64,000 nt of DNA from contig CAXXFL010000005.1 in NCBI GenBank assembly GCA_963674965.2, forward strand, positions 96,001-160,000, in the 5' to 3' direction. This DNA is from a bacterium. Lineage in GTDB: Bacteria > RBG-13-61-14 > DATKZS01. Every line of letters starts with the position of its first letter. Position 1 is the first letter of the stretch. Of this stretch, positions 19,211-28,458 are shown one piece after another. The notes beneath the pieces were generated by a model. The model was not told the DNA's origin and did not search any database. It saw only the letters and a program-made list of their open reading frames with translations. The position numbers were made by a program, and so were the translations under genes.

Positions 19211-20614
19211 ATGATCAAGCCGGGGGCGGCCGCGTTGTTGGAAAAAAGGACCGAGTCGATCGGTCCGCTCGTCCGCTCCGTCACCAGCGGCCTTAACGTC
19301 CTTCTCATCGACGCTCAGCCCCGGGCCTTTCCTTATACCAAGCTCAGGACCTTGACCCTTCCCCGCCTGGCGGGGGCCACCCCCTCCAACCACCGAGTTA
19401 AAATCATCGACGGAAGGGTCGAGAAAATCCGGGTCCCGGAGGGGACCGACCTGGTGGGAGTGACCTTCTCGACCAACAACGCGGCCCTCGCCCACGAGGT
19501 CGCCGCCAGGGCCAGGGCCGCCGGCGCCTTGGCCGTGGCCGGAGGCACACACGCCACGGCCATGCCCGAGGAGGTCTTGATGGGCTTCGACGCGGTCCTT
19601 ACCGGTGAGGCCGAGGGAGGGGCCTGGGAGGAACTTTTACGAGACGCCGAAACGGGAGAGATGAAAAAAATCTACCGGAACGCCGAGCCTCCCGCCGAGT
19701 GGGACAAGGACCCTCCCCGCCTCGATCTCCTTACCGGGAGGTACCTGCCCGCCTACCCGGTCGAGGCCACCAGGGGATGCCCCAACCGCTGCGCCTTTTG
19801 CTTCAATCGCTACATCCATCCGACCTTCCGGACCCGTCAGGTCGAGAGAGTGATCGAGGACGCGAGAAGGGCGGACGCGAAAAGCCTCTTCTTCATGGAC
19901 GACAACCTGGCCGCCGACCGATCCTACGCCAAGGAGATTTTCGCCGCTCTTTTGCCCCTTCAGAAAAGGATTTATTTCCAGACCCAGCTTAGCGCGGCGC
20001 GGGACCCGGAGCTTCTCGACCTCATGGCCCGGGCCGGGGCCAAGGCCGCCTTCGTGGGACTCGAGAGCGTGAGTTCCTCGAGCCTTGACTCGGTGGGCAA
20101 GACCTGCAACAGGGTCGGACAATATAAGGAGTACATCTCGGCCTTTACCGAGCGGGGCATCCTCGTGTTCGGCGGCCTGATCTTCGGGCTGGACGGAGAC
20201 GACCCCGACTCCTTCAAGAGGACCCTGAGTTTTTTGAAGGAAAGCTCGATCTGCGGGGTGGCGGCCAACCTGGCCATCCCCTACCCCGGCACGGATTACC
20301 ACGCCCGGACTCGAGAGCGCGGCAGGCTCCTGGATGAAAATTACGAGAAGTACACCGGGTACGTTCCTCTCGTCCGGCCAACGGGCATGACCCTCGAGGA
20401 ACTGGAGCAAGGCTACGATTATTTCATAAGGGAGTTCTACTCGGTGAAGAACTCGGCCGCCAGGTTCCGGGCCATGGACCTTCCCCTCTCGCGGCTGCCT
20501 CTTTTTATCGCCGCCGGCTTCGCTTTTCGTTTTCCCCGCCGGTCCCGGGAGAGGACCGCGTCCGCCCAGATTAAAAGCTATCTTGGCCTCGGCCGGGCCT
20601 CAAGATACGGGTAA
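19211..20614 (+). CDS. Cobalamin-binding radical SAM protein
   Basis: N-terminal B12-binding-like domain (DLVGVT...GGTHAT..PEE..GEAE), TRGCPNRCAFC (CxxxCxxC), DDNL, VGLES, IPYPGT. Confidence 0.88.
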   Translation: MIKPGAAALLEKRTESIGPLVRSVTSGLNVLLIDAQPRAFPYTKLRTLTLPRLAGATPSNHRVKIIDGRVEKIRVPEGTDLVGVTFSTNNAALAHEVAARARAAGALAVAGGTHATAMPEEVLMGFDAVLTGEAEGGAWEELLRDAETGEMKKIYRNAEPPAEWDKDPPRLDLLTGRYLPAYPVEATRGCPNRCAFCFNRYIHPTFRTRQVERVIEDARRADAKSLFFMDDNLAADRSYAKEIFAALLPLQKRIYFQTQLSAARDPELLDLMARAGAKAAFVGLESVSSSSLDSVGKTCNRVGQYKEYISAFTERGILVFGGLIFGLDGDDPDSFKRTLSFLKESSICGVAANLAIPYPGTDYHARTRERGRLLDENYEKYTGYVPLVRPTGMTLEELEQGYDYFIREFYSVKNSAARFRAMDLPLSRLPLFIAAGFAFRFPRRSRERTASAQIKSYLGLGRASRYG

Positions 20615-20656
20615 GGCCCGACCCGCGAGGGGCCGGGCCTTACAAGCTCGAAAGCG

Positions 20657-22279
20657 TCAATTGGTTCCGGGTACCTTTTTTCCCTCGGCCTTGAGTATCT
20701 TGTTGGCCGCCATCAGGCCCGAGACCAGAACGCCCGACTGCCCGCCGCCGGGGAAGGTCCAGGCCCCGGCCAGGTAGAGGTTCTTGATGGGAGTCTTCTG
20801 TTCGAGCCTTTTTAATAGGCTCTGCTCGGGGATATTGTCCCACCCGAAAATCGAGCCACCGGGATTGAGAGTGAAGTGCTCCATGGTGCGCGGCGAGCCC
20901 ACCTCCATTACCTCGACGTTCTTCTCCAGGCCCGGAAGTATCTTCTCCGCCCGCCTTACGAAGACCATGGCCACCTCGTTCTTAAGCTCCGTGTACTTGG
21001 CGTAACTCTCGGCCTCATGCCAGCCGTCCTTGTAATCGTAGGGCAGGATGGCCGTGATGACGATAACGCTCTTTCCAGCTGGGGCCACCGAGGGGTCGGC
21101 TATACTGTAGTTGACGATGGCGAAGGACGAGTTCTCAGGGTCGCCCTTTTTATACATTTGGAAGTTCTTCTCCTGGTCGTAGCCCGTGTTAACCATGATC
21201 TCGTGGGCGCCGCCGGTGAAATATTCCGAATAGTCGTGGTCTACCCCCATGTAAACCTGGAAGCAGGACAGGCCGACCTTCATGGACTCGACCCGCTTCA
21301 CGTAATCCGCGGGAAGAAGGTCCTTGCCCACCATCTTGAAAAGCGTGTCCGGCGCGTTGGCGTTGGACACCACGTAGCGGCAGGGATAGCGTCCTCCGTC
21401 CTCCGTTTGCACGGCGACTGCCTTGCCGTCCTCGACCTCGATCTTGACCGCCTTGGTCGACAGGAGTATCTCGCCGCCGTTCTCCTCGATCACCTCCGCC
21501 ATCGCGTCCGACACCGCCTGCGAGCCGCCCTCGAAATAATAATAGCCGCCCTTGTGGTAGCTGTTCCACATCACGCCGAAAAAGATGGCCGGAACGTCGC
21601 CGGGCGAGGCGCCGGCGAACCCGGCGAGCTGGGTGAACACGGCGATAAACTTGGGGTCGCTCACTCTTTTATCCAGGACGTCGGCGAGGGACGAGCGCCA
21701 GAAGCCCGGCAGCCGCATGAGGGCGGCGGGGTTTCTCATCATGGTGGCGAAAGCCTGGGACGACCTGCCCCCCGCCAGGTCCATCAGGGCCACCATGGCG
21801 TCCTTCATGTCCTCCATGTCCTTGTACAGGCCGTCTATGCCCTCGGCCTCGTGGGGGAACTTCTCCTTTAAAAGAAGCCTGTATTCCTCCACGTCCGCCG
21901 GTACCACTATCTCGAAGTCCGGATAATAGGACAAGTACATGGGATCGAGCTTGATGGGCTTGACCTTGCCGATGATGCCAAGGTCCGTAAAGGTGGGGAT
22001 GTTCATGCCGTCGTCCGGGTCGAGACCGTCCATGGCGTGAAGAGAAACCTCGAAGGTATAGTCGTCACGCTCGAAGTTGGTCATGTAGCCGCCGACCTTG
22101 TAATGCTGCTCGATTAAAAGGACCTTCATGCCGCCCAGCGACATGCGCGCCGCCGCCGCCAGGCCGCCGCCGCCCGCTCCGATTACCACCGCGTCGTAGG
22201 CCGAGTCCGCGCCGGAGATGGACCGGCCCGGCAATAAAAACAAGGCCGCCGTCAAAAGGATTAGCAGCGTTTTCTTCAT
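20657..22279 (-). CDS. Phytoene desaturase / retinol saturase-family FAD oxidoreductase with N-terminal signal peptide
   Basis: YDAVVIGAGGGGL...LLIEQH..VGG dinucleotide fold, GGSQAVSDAM, VVSNA, NLYLAGAWTFPGGG. Confidence 0.85.
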   Translation of the reverse strand: MKKTLLILLTAALFLLPGRSISGADSAYDAVVIGAGGGGLAAAARMSLGGMKVLLIEQHYKVGGYMTNFERDDYTFEVSLHAMDGLDPDDGMNIPTFTDLGIIGKVKPIKLDPMYLSYYPDFEIVVPADVEEYRLLLKEKFPHEAEGIDGLYKDMEDMKDAMVALMDLAGGRSSQAFATMMRNPAALMRLPGFWRSSLADVLDKRVSDPKFIAVFTQLAGFAGASPGDVPAIFFGVMWNSYHKGGYYYFEGGSQAVSDAMAEVIEENGGEILLSTKAVKIEVEDGKAVAVQTEDGGRYPCRYVVSNANAPDTLFKMVGKDLLPADYVKRVESMKVGLSCFQVYMGVDHDYSEYFTGGAHEIMVNTGYDQEKNFQMYKKGDPENSSFAIVNYSIADPSVAPAGKSVIVITAILPYDYKDGWHEAESYAKYTELKNEVAMVFVRRAEKILPGLEKNVEVMEVGSPRTMEHFTLNPGGSIFGWDNIPEQSLLKRLEQKTPIKNLYLAGAWTFPGGGQSGVLVSGLMAANKILKAEGKKVPGTN

Positions 22280-22430
22280 CACCTATCCTCCTTGCAAAGT
22301 AATTGTCACCCCGGATTTATTAAACGTAATAACTGGTTGTTTTCCACGTCCCGAGAAAAAGCTATCAAATAACGATCGCTATTTCAACGAGGGAGTCACT
22401 GGGCAGGTCAATAACGCCTACCCTGGAAAT

Positions 22431-23846
22431 CTAACCGAAAAGCTTGAAATGCTCGGACTCGGTCCTGGCCTCCCGCAGGATGGCCATCATCCGCCCGGCC
22501 ACCTCCGGGAAACGAGAGGATATATCGGTGGTCTCGCCCGGGTCGCTCTCGAGGTCGAACAGCTTCAACTTCGTCTTATCTGAAAGGGAAACGCCATATC
22601 TCACGGCTTTCCATTTGCCGGCCCGCGCCGCTTGGCGTCCTCCCATCTCGGGCAGCTCCCAGTAAAGGTAGTCGTGGGACTTCTGGCTGGACGGCTCGCC
22701 CAAAAGAGTGGACAGCATGGATATCCCGTCAATGCCGGCCGGAGCGTCAATTCCCGCGGCCTCGCAAACCGTGGGCAGCGCGTCCCAAAAGGCGCTCGGA
22801 AGGTCGGTCACGGAGCCGGGCGCGATCTTGCCCGGCCATGAGGCCATCATGGGCACGCGGATGCCTCCCTCGTAGAGGTCTCGCTTATAGCCCTGGAAGG
22901 GGCCGTTACTGTCGAAGAAATCGGGGACGGCCCCTCCTTCCCGATGCGGACCGTTGTCCGAGCTCAGCATGATCAGGGTGTCGCGGGACAGCCCCAGCTT
23001 CTCGACCAGATCGAGAAGGGACCCTATCTGGCCGTCCAGACGGGTCATCATGCCCGCGAAGTGCGCGGCCGGGTTCCTGATCGGCCGTCCGGCGTATATG
23101 CCCGGCGTCAGCTCGAAGCGTCGGAATTTCTGACGGAAGGGCTTGGCCGACTCCTCCGGGACGTGAAGCGACGCGTGGGGTATGGTCACGGGCAGATAAA
23201 GAAAGAAGGGACCTCGGGCGTTGTCCCTTATAAAGTCAAGGGCCTTATCGAAGATGAGGTCGTGGGAATAGGTCTTGCCGTCGAGCTCGAGCCTCTCGCC
23301 GTTATGCCACAAGTGATCGGGATAATAATTATGGGCCGAGCGCTGGCAGTTGTATCCAAAGAACTCGGCAAAGCCCTGGTTCAGCGGGTCGCCGGCCGAG
23401 CCCGGATACCCGAGGCCCCACTTGCCGAAGGCGCCCGTCGCGTATCCCGCCTCCCGCAATAGTCCGGGAAGAGTCACCGCGTCCTCGGGCAGGGGGAATT
23501 GTCCCTCCGGCTTTACTTCCCGGTTGCCCCGGATGTAGGCGTGTCCCGAGTGCAGCCCCGTCATCAGGCAGCAGCGGGAGGGAGCGCAAACGGCGCTGCC
23601 GGCGTAGTGATCGGTGAACCTGATTCCGCTTTGCCCTATGCGGTCCATGTTGGGAGTCGCGAAGCGCCTCTGGCCGTAGGCCCCGAGGTCGCCGTACCCC
23701 GCGTCGTCCAACAGGACGTAAATGACATTCGGACGCCCGGGCCCGACGGGCGCTGAGGCGAGGGACAAAAGGCCAAGCGCTCCCGCCCCCGCTGTCTTGA
23801 TGAACGAGCGCCGGTCGGTGCCTTCCTTCTTTTGCACTCCCGTCAA
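22431..23846 (-). CDS. Cys-type arylsulfatase with Tat signal
   Basis: TDRRSFIK twin-arginine motif; PNVIYVLLDDAGYGD, CAPSRCCLMTG (CxPxR), GKWGLG, SDNG, YEGGIRVP. Start taken at TTG 23846 after GGAGG. Confidence 0.92.
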   Translation of the reverse strand: MTGVQKKEGTDRRSFIKTAGAGALGLLSLASAPVGPGRPNVIYVLLDDAGYGDLGAYGQRRFATPNMDRIGQSGIRFTDHYAGSAVCAPSRCCLMTGLHSGHAYIRGNREVKPEGQFPLPEDAVTLPGLLREAGYATGAFGKWGLGYPGSAGDPLNQGFAEFFGYNCQRSAHNYYPDHLWHNGERLELDGKTYSHDLIFDKALDFIRDNARGPFFLYLPVTIPHASLHVPEESAKPFRQKFRRFELTPGIYAGRPIRNPAAHFAGMMTRLDGQIGSLLDLVEKLGLSRDTLIMLSSDNGPHREGGAVPDFFDSNGPFQGYKRDLYEGGIRVPMMASWPGKIAPGSVTDLPSAFWDALPTVCEAAGIDAPAGIDGISMLSTLLGEPSSQKSHDYLYWELPEMGGRQAARAGKWKAVRYGVSLSDKTKLKLFDLESDPGETTDISSRFPEVAGRMMAILREARTESEHFKLFG

Positions 23847-24007
23847 ATCTTCAATTCCTCCCGTTATTTTCCACGACCTCAACGGCCAATTGGGCGGCAA
23901 AATTTACTTGGTCATTATACCGCGGCCGCCTTTGGCTTTTCGACTCAATGCGAAGAGGACGGCTTAATCAATACTCGAATATGTTAATGCCCTCACAACG
24001 ACGGCTA

Positions 24008-24352
24008 TTAATCATTATTTTTCAATTCAGGGTGGGAGTATTCTTTCGACCTGGTTATGGCGTTTAAAAACCTGGACTGGAGTTGCCGCTTTGCCAGTTT
24101 GCGCTTGACCGGCTCGAGCGTAAGGATGGTTTTCAGAAGGCGGCGCAGTAGCTCGTAGGTCCAGAGATGGTAATTGTCAAAGATGAAGTTTTTCAGCTTG
24201 TTTTCGTTGACGGCGGTAATGACGTATCTTTCAAAGGTGTCCCTGGGCACGAACCCAACGTCCTTTATTCTTTGCATCGTAATGGCGCCGCTTTCGCAAA
24301 AGCTGGCGCAGATCCCGCAGCCGATGCGATTATCCGTTATGACTTGAGCCTT
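24008..24352 (-). pseudogene. C-terminal remnant of a 4Fe-4S-binding protein
   Basis: Reading upstream of the 24277 ATG in the same frame gives KAQVITDNRIGCGICASFCESGAITMQR..., a ferredoxin motif with the first Cys replaced by Arg; the segment overlaps the hydF 3' end and has no start of its own. Confidence 0.65.
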
Positions 24353-25601
24353 CTCGCTCCCGTGAGGACCTTCTTCCCGAGACCTTCTGATATTCCATAA
24401 GCGCCGCGGGAAAGGGCCCCAGGGCCCTCTCGATTATCCCGAGGGAGTAGGCGATGGTAATCCCGTAATTGGTTATAGGCACTTTAACCTTGCGGCAGTC
24501 CAGAATGCGCTTGAGTACTTCCCTCCTGTTTTGGGTGCAGGCGCCGCAGTGGACCACGAGCTTGTATTCCTTAAGGTCCTCGGGGAAATCGTGTCCCTGA
24601 ACGTGGTTGAAAACGAGTTCCCCCCCCACGTACTGGGTAAGCCAGCGGGGTATCTTGACCCTGCCTATGTCGTCGGCAATGGGATGATGCGAGCAGGCCT
24701 CGGCGACAAGTACCTTGTCGCCCGGCTTCAGATCCTCGATTGCGCAGGCTCCCCTCGTCATCTCCACCAAGTCCCCCTTGAAGCGCGCGAAGAGGATGGA
24801 AAAGGAGGTCAACTGGACGCTCGGCGGGACGTCGGCCACCACCTTGAGAAAGGCCTGCGAGTCCGTCACCACCAGGCGGGGAGGGATTTTCAGGTTCATG
24901 ATCGCTTGCCTGAGCTCGCGTTCCTTTACCACCACGCACCAGGCGTCGCCGTCGAGGATTTCCCTGATGGTCTGGACCTGGGGCAGGATGAGCCTTCCTT
25001 TCGGGGCCTCCTTGTCGATGGGCACGACCAGCACCGCCATCTCCCCGGGCCTTACCAGGTCGATGACTATGGGAGGAGAGTTGACGAAGTCCTCGGGGGC
25101 CGAGTCGAGAATGGCTCGCCTAAGGTCCAAGGTCCCCACCCGCTTGTCCGCCCGCGTAAAAACGACCTTGAAACCCCGCTCGCGCAGCCCTTCCACCAGC
25201 GCGTCGGAAGGTCGGCCCAGGTCCGTTTTATTGAAGACCACGATGACGGGGACTTTTTGGGAGGTCATTTCCTCGATGATCTTTTCCTCGAAATCTCCCC
25301 AGGCCGGACCGTCGGTGACCACCAGCGCCAAGTCGATCCTGTTAAGGGTCTGCCGGGTTTTCCTGATCCGCAGCTCTCCCAAGGCCCCCTCGTCGTCTAT
25401 CCCGGCCGTGTCGATAAACAGGACCGGACCCAGCGGAAGCAGTTCCATGGGCTTTTCCACGGGGTCGGTGGTGGTCCCTGCCTGCTCGGATACGATGGAC
25501 GCGTCCTGCCTGGTCATGGCGTTCAGCAGGCTCGATTTGCCCACGTTGCGGCGTCCCAAAATGCCGATGTGCAGTCTCATTCCCTTGGGCGTGGTTTCCA
25601 T
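24330..25601 (-). CDS. hydF: [FeFe]-hydrogenase H-cluster maturation GTPase HydF
   Basis: GRRNVGKSS, GTTTDPV, DTAG, NKTD; APKGRLILPQVQ; EACSHH and VHCGAC Fe-S ligands. Confidence 0.96.
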   Translation of the reverse strand: METTPKGMRLHIGILGRRNVGKSSLLNAMTRQDASIVSEQAGTTTDPVEKPMELLPLGPVLFIDTAGIDDEGALGELRIRKTRQTLNRIDLALVVTDGPAWGDFEEKIIEEMTSQKVPVIVVFNKTDLGRPSDALVEGLRERGFKVVFTRADKRVGTLDLRRAILDSAPEDFVNSPPIVIDLVRPGEMAVLVVPIDKEAPKGRLILPQVQTIREILDGDAWCVVVKERELRQAIMNLKIPPRLVVTDSQAFLKVVADVPPSVQLTSFSILFARFKGDLVEMTRGACAIEDLKPGDKVLVAEACSHHPIADDIGRVKIPRWLTQYVGGELVFNHVQGHDFPEDLKEYKLVVHCGACTQNRREVLKRILDCRKVKVPITNYGITIAYSLGIIERALGPFPAALMEYQKVSGRRSSREREGSSHNG

Positions 25602-27035
25602 TTACTTCCCGATGGGTCCCGGCAGCCCCAGCCTGCAGACGGCCTCCGGGCTGGTTAGTTGCTCGAATTGCTCGAGGGTCAAGAATCCTCCCTCGATGGC
25701 GGCTTGTTTGACGTTGCCTCCCCTCTCCCGCGCTAGTTGGGCCAGACGCCTCGCGCCCGAGTATCCTAAAAGAGGAAGAAGGGCCGTCACGGTCGCGGTC
25801 GAGTTCTCGACGTTCCTTCCGCATCTCTCGCGGTTAGCCTCGATGCCCTCCACGCAAGCGCTCCGTAAAATCTCGCATGAATTGGCGAGCATATTAATGG
25901 ACGCGAGCAGGCATTCCGCCACGAGCGGTAAAAAGGGGTTAAGCTCGAGGCTTCCCGACGAGGCGGCCAGGGCGATGGTCTGGTCGTGGCCCATCACCAT
26001 CATCGAGACCTGGGACACGGCCTCGGGAATGACCGGGTTGACCTTGCCGGGCATGATCGAGGACCCGGCCTGGCGGGGCGGGAGCGCGATCTCCCCCAAG
26101 CCCGCCTCCGGACCTGAACTCATAAGACGAAGATCGGAGGAAATTTTCAGCAGAGTCACGGCCAGGGCCTTGAGAATGCCCGAGACCTCGACGAAGACGT
26201 CCGCGTTTTGGGTGGCCTCGACCAGGTTCTCCGCCCTGGCGAAACCCACGCCGGTGAGTTCGCGCAAGGCGTCCACCACACGGAAAATAAACTGACGGGG
26301 CGCGCCCAATCCCGTGCCGATGGCGGTCCCTCCCAAATTTACCACCCTTAGGCGCTCCTCACACTTGTACAGCCGCCACCGGTCACGGCTTAAGGCCTCG
26401 GCGTAAGCGCTCATCTCCCGGCCCAACGTCGTCAATACCGCGTCCTGATACTCGGTCCGCCCGATTTTCACCACGTCGGCGAACTCCTTTTCCTTAATCT
26501 GGAACGCCTCGATAAGTCCCACCAGCTTCTCCTCCAACTCGCGCTGAAGAAGGATGGCGGCCAGCTTCATGGCGGTCGGAAAAGTGTCGTTGGTGGATTG
26601 GTGAAGGTTAACGTGATCGAGAGGTGAAATGACGTCGTAACGGCCGGGCGCGAGTCCCATCAATTGAAGCGCCCTGTTGGCGATGACCTCGTTGACGTTC
26701 ATGTTCGTGGAGGTCCCGGCGCCGCCCTGCAGGCAATCCACAATCACGTGACCGGACAATAGGCCCGCTTCCATCTCCCGGCAGGAGCTCTCGACGGCGT
26801 CGGCCCGGGACCCCTCAAGGTATCCTAGGGAGCGGTTGGTAACGGCGCAGGCCAACTTCACGGCGCCATAGGCCCGTATCAGACGCTCATGGACGGCCTT
26901 GCCCGTAAGCGGAAAATTCTCCCCGGCGCGCGCGGCGTGTACGCCGTGGAGCGCCTCCCTCGGCATGGAAACGGCGCCAAGGTCGTCGCTTTCCTCGCGG
27001 CGGCCGGCGCTCGGGACTTTGGCTTTTCCTTCCAT
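25602..27035 (-). CDS. aspA: Aspartate ammonia-lyase (fumarase/aspartase superfamily)
   Basis: QGGAGTSTNMNVNEVIANRA, QSTNDTFPT, GRTEYQDA, GGTAIGTG, signature GSSIMPGKVNP. Confidence 0.88.
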   Translation of the reverse strand: MEGKAKVPSAGRREESDDLGAVSMPREALHGVHAARAGENFPLTGKAVHERLIRAYGAVKLACAVTNRSLGYLEGSRADAVESSCREMEAGLLSGHVIVDCLQGGAGTSTNMNVNEVIANRALQLMGLAPGRYDVISPLDHVNLHQSTNDTFPTAMKLAAILLQRELEEKLVGLIEAFQIKEKEFADVVKIGRTEYQDAVLTTLGREMSAYAEALSRDRWRLYKCEERLRVVNLGGTAIGTGLGAPRQFIFRVVDALRELTGVGFARAENLVEATQNADVFVEVSGILKALAVTLLKISSDLRLMSSGPEAGLGEIALPPRQAGSSIMPGKVNPVIPEAVSQVSMMVMGHDQTIALAASSGSLELNPFLPLVAECLLASINMLANSCEILRSACVEGIEANRERCGRNVENSTATVTALLPLLGYSGARRLAQLARERGGNVKQAAIEGGFLTLEQFEQLTSPEAVCRLGLPGPIGK

Positions 27036-27348
27036 TTCAGTCACATCTCCTTGCGGTGAGAAACCGTCAACGGCGCGTGAATTCATCAAACGTACCGATC
27101 GGTAACGTTCATGACCGCGCGTGATTCCCTACTTGAGACGCCCATGTCGTTGCCTCTATTTTATGCCTATAGCGGGCCGTTACAAGCTTTGGCGACGGAC
27201 TCGCTAAAAATTCCCGGTAAAATTGAGGAAGATATCGAGGCTTTCGTTGAATCGCGAACCGCCATCGGGTATATTGCCTTGAAACCAGATCGACGAAACC
27301 CGCCGAGGCTTCCTGCCTCGCGAGAAACTTAAGGCAAGGAGGCCCCAG

Positions 27349-28041
27349 ATGAACGACGTGAAAGACCCGGCGTGCGCGAGTTGCGCCGTACCGCTGATGG
27401 AGAAGATATGCTTTCGCGAGTCGGGAAGGGGACCGGACAACTGCCCCACCCGCAACCTGGCCGACCTGGCCGCCAGGGCCCGGGAGGAATACGCCGACCC
27501 CAAGATCAAGGAGTTCGCCCGTCTGGCCTCGGTGCAAGAGGGCGAATGCTACCTCGAGAGGGAACACGCCTTCTACATCCCACATTGCGGCAAGCCCCGC
27601 ATCCAGGAGACCATCGAGTTCGCTCACAAGATCGGCGCGAGCAGGGTGGGTCTGGCCTTCTGCATCGGCCTTTCCCTGGAGGCCAGGGCCGCGGCCGACC
27701 TTTTCCAGAAACAGGGCCTCGAGGTCGTTAGCGTCTGCTGCAAGGTCGGTCGGGTCTTGAAGGAGGAAGAACTGGGGATCGAGGACCATGAAAAGATACA
27801 GATCGGCACTCCCGAGCCGGCCTGCAACCCCATCCTTCAGGCCATGACCCTGAACCGGGCGGGGACGGGTCTTAACGTCCTTCTCGGCCTGTGCGTGGGT
27901 CACGACTCGCTTTTCCTCAAGTACGCCGAGGCCTACTCGACGGTGCTGGCGGTCAAGGACCGGGTGACGGGCCACAACCCCCTGGCCCCGCTTTACACCT
28001 CGAAGTCCTATTACATGTTCCTCAACCGCAAGGGCTTTTAG
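27349..28041 (+). CDS. DUF1847 family Cys-rich metal-binding protein
   Basis: GLAFCIGL, VSVCCKVG, CNPILQA, GLCVGHDSLF, VKDRVTGHNP. Confidence 0.88.
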   Translation: MNDVKDPACASCAVPLMEKICFRESGRGPDNCPTRNLADLAARAREEYADPKIKEFARLASVQEGECYLEREHAFYIPHCGKPRIQETIEFAHKIGASRVGLAFCIGLSLEARAAADLFQKQGLEVVSVCCKVGRVLKEEELGIEDHEKIQIGTPEPACNPILQAMTLNRAGTGLNVLLGLCVGHDSLFLKYAEAYSTVLAVKDRVTGHNPLAPLYTSKSYYMFLNRKGF

Positions 28042-28173
28042 GCCGGGAGGTTTTCCGCGGAGGCCCCATGGGCGTCGAGGCGCACTTCCTCATGGTCGGC
28101 CGAAGGTTGGCCACGCGTGACCCGGATCGATTTCTCTCGCGTGATCTCACTCATAGCGTTGGAGGAATTCGTC

Positions 28174-28314
28174 ATGTCCGACTTGGCCGATCGTCTGGAA
28201 AGAATGGACCATCGGTTCCATCAGCTTGCCGGGAAAGTGAAGGCAATCCATTTGGACCTCGATCCTGCCCTGAAGTACTTCCGACTCCCGCCGAGGAATG
28301 GGCGCCGCTTGTAA
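28174..28314 (+). CDS. Small ORF (46 aa), possibly a gene fragment
   Basis: GGAGG RBS 8 nt before the ATG; no family recognised. Confidence 0.3.
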   Translation: MSDLADRLERMDHRFHQLAGKVKAIHLDLDPALKYFRLPPRNGRRL

Positions 28315-28458
28315 AGCCGATTTGCCAGAAGCCCTGAGAACGAGCGAAGGGCTAAGGAAATGATCGAAGCGAGGTCCACTGAATTGATGGCCCTTCAGTT
28401 TTGCCGGAAAAAATCTTGCCTTAGAGCCGTCCCGCGGATTTTGGAAAAGAGCTATAAT

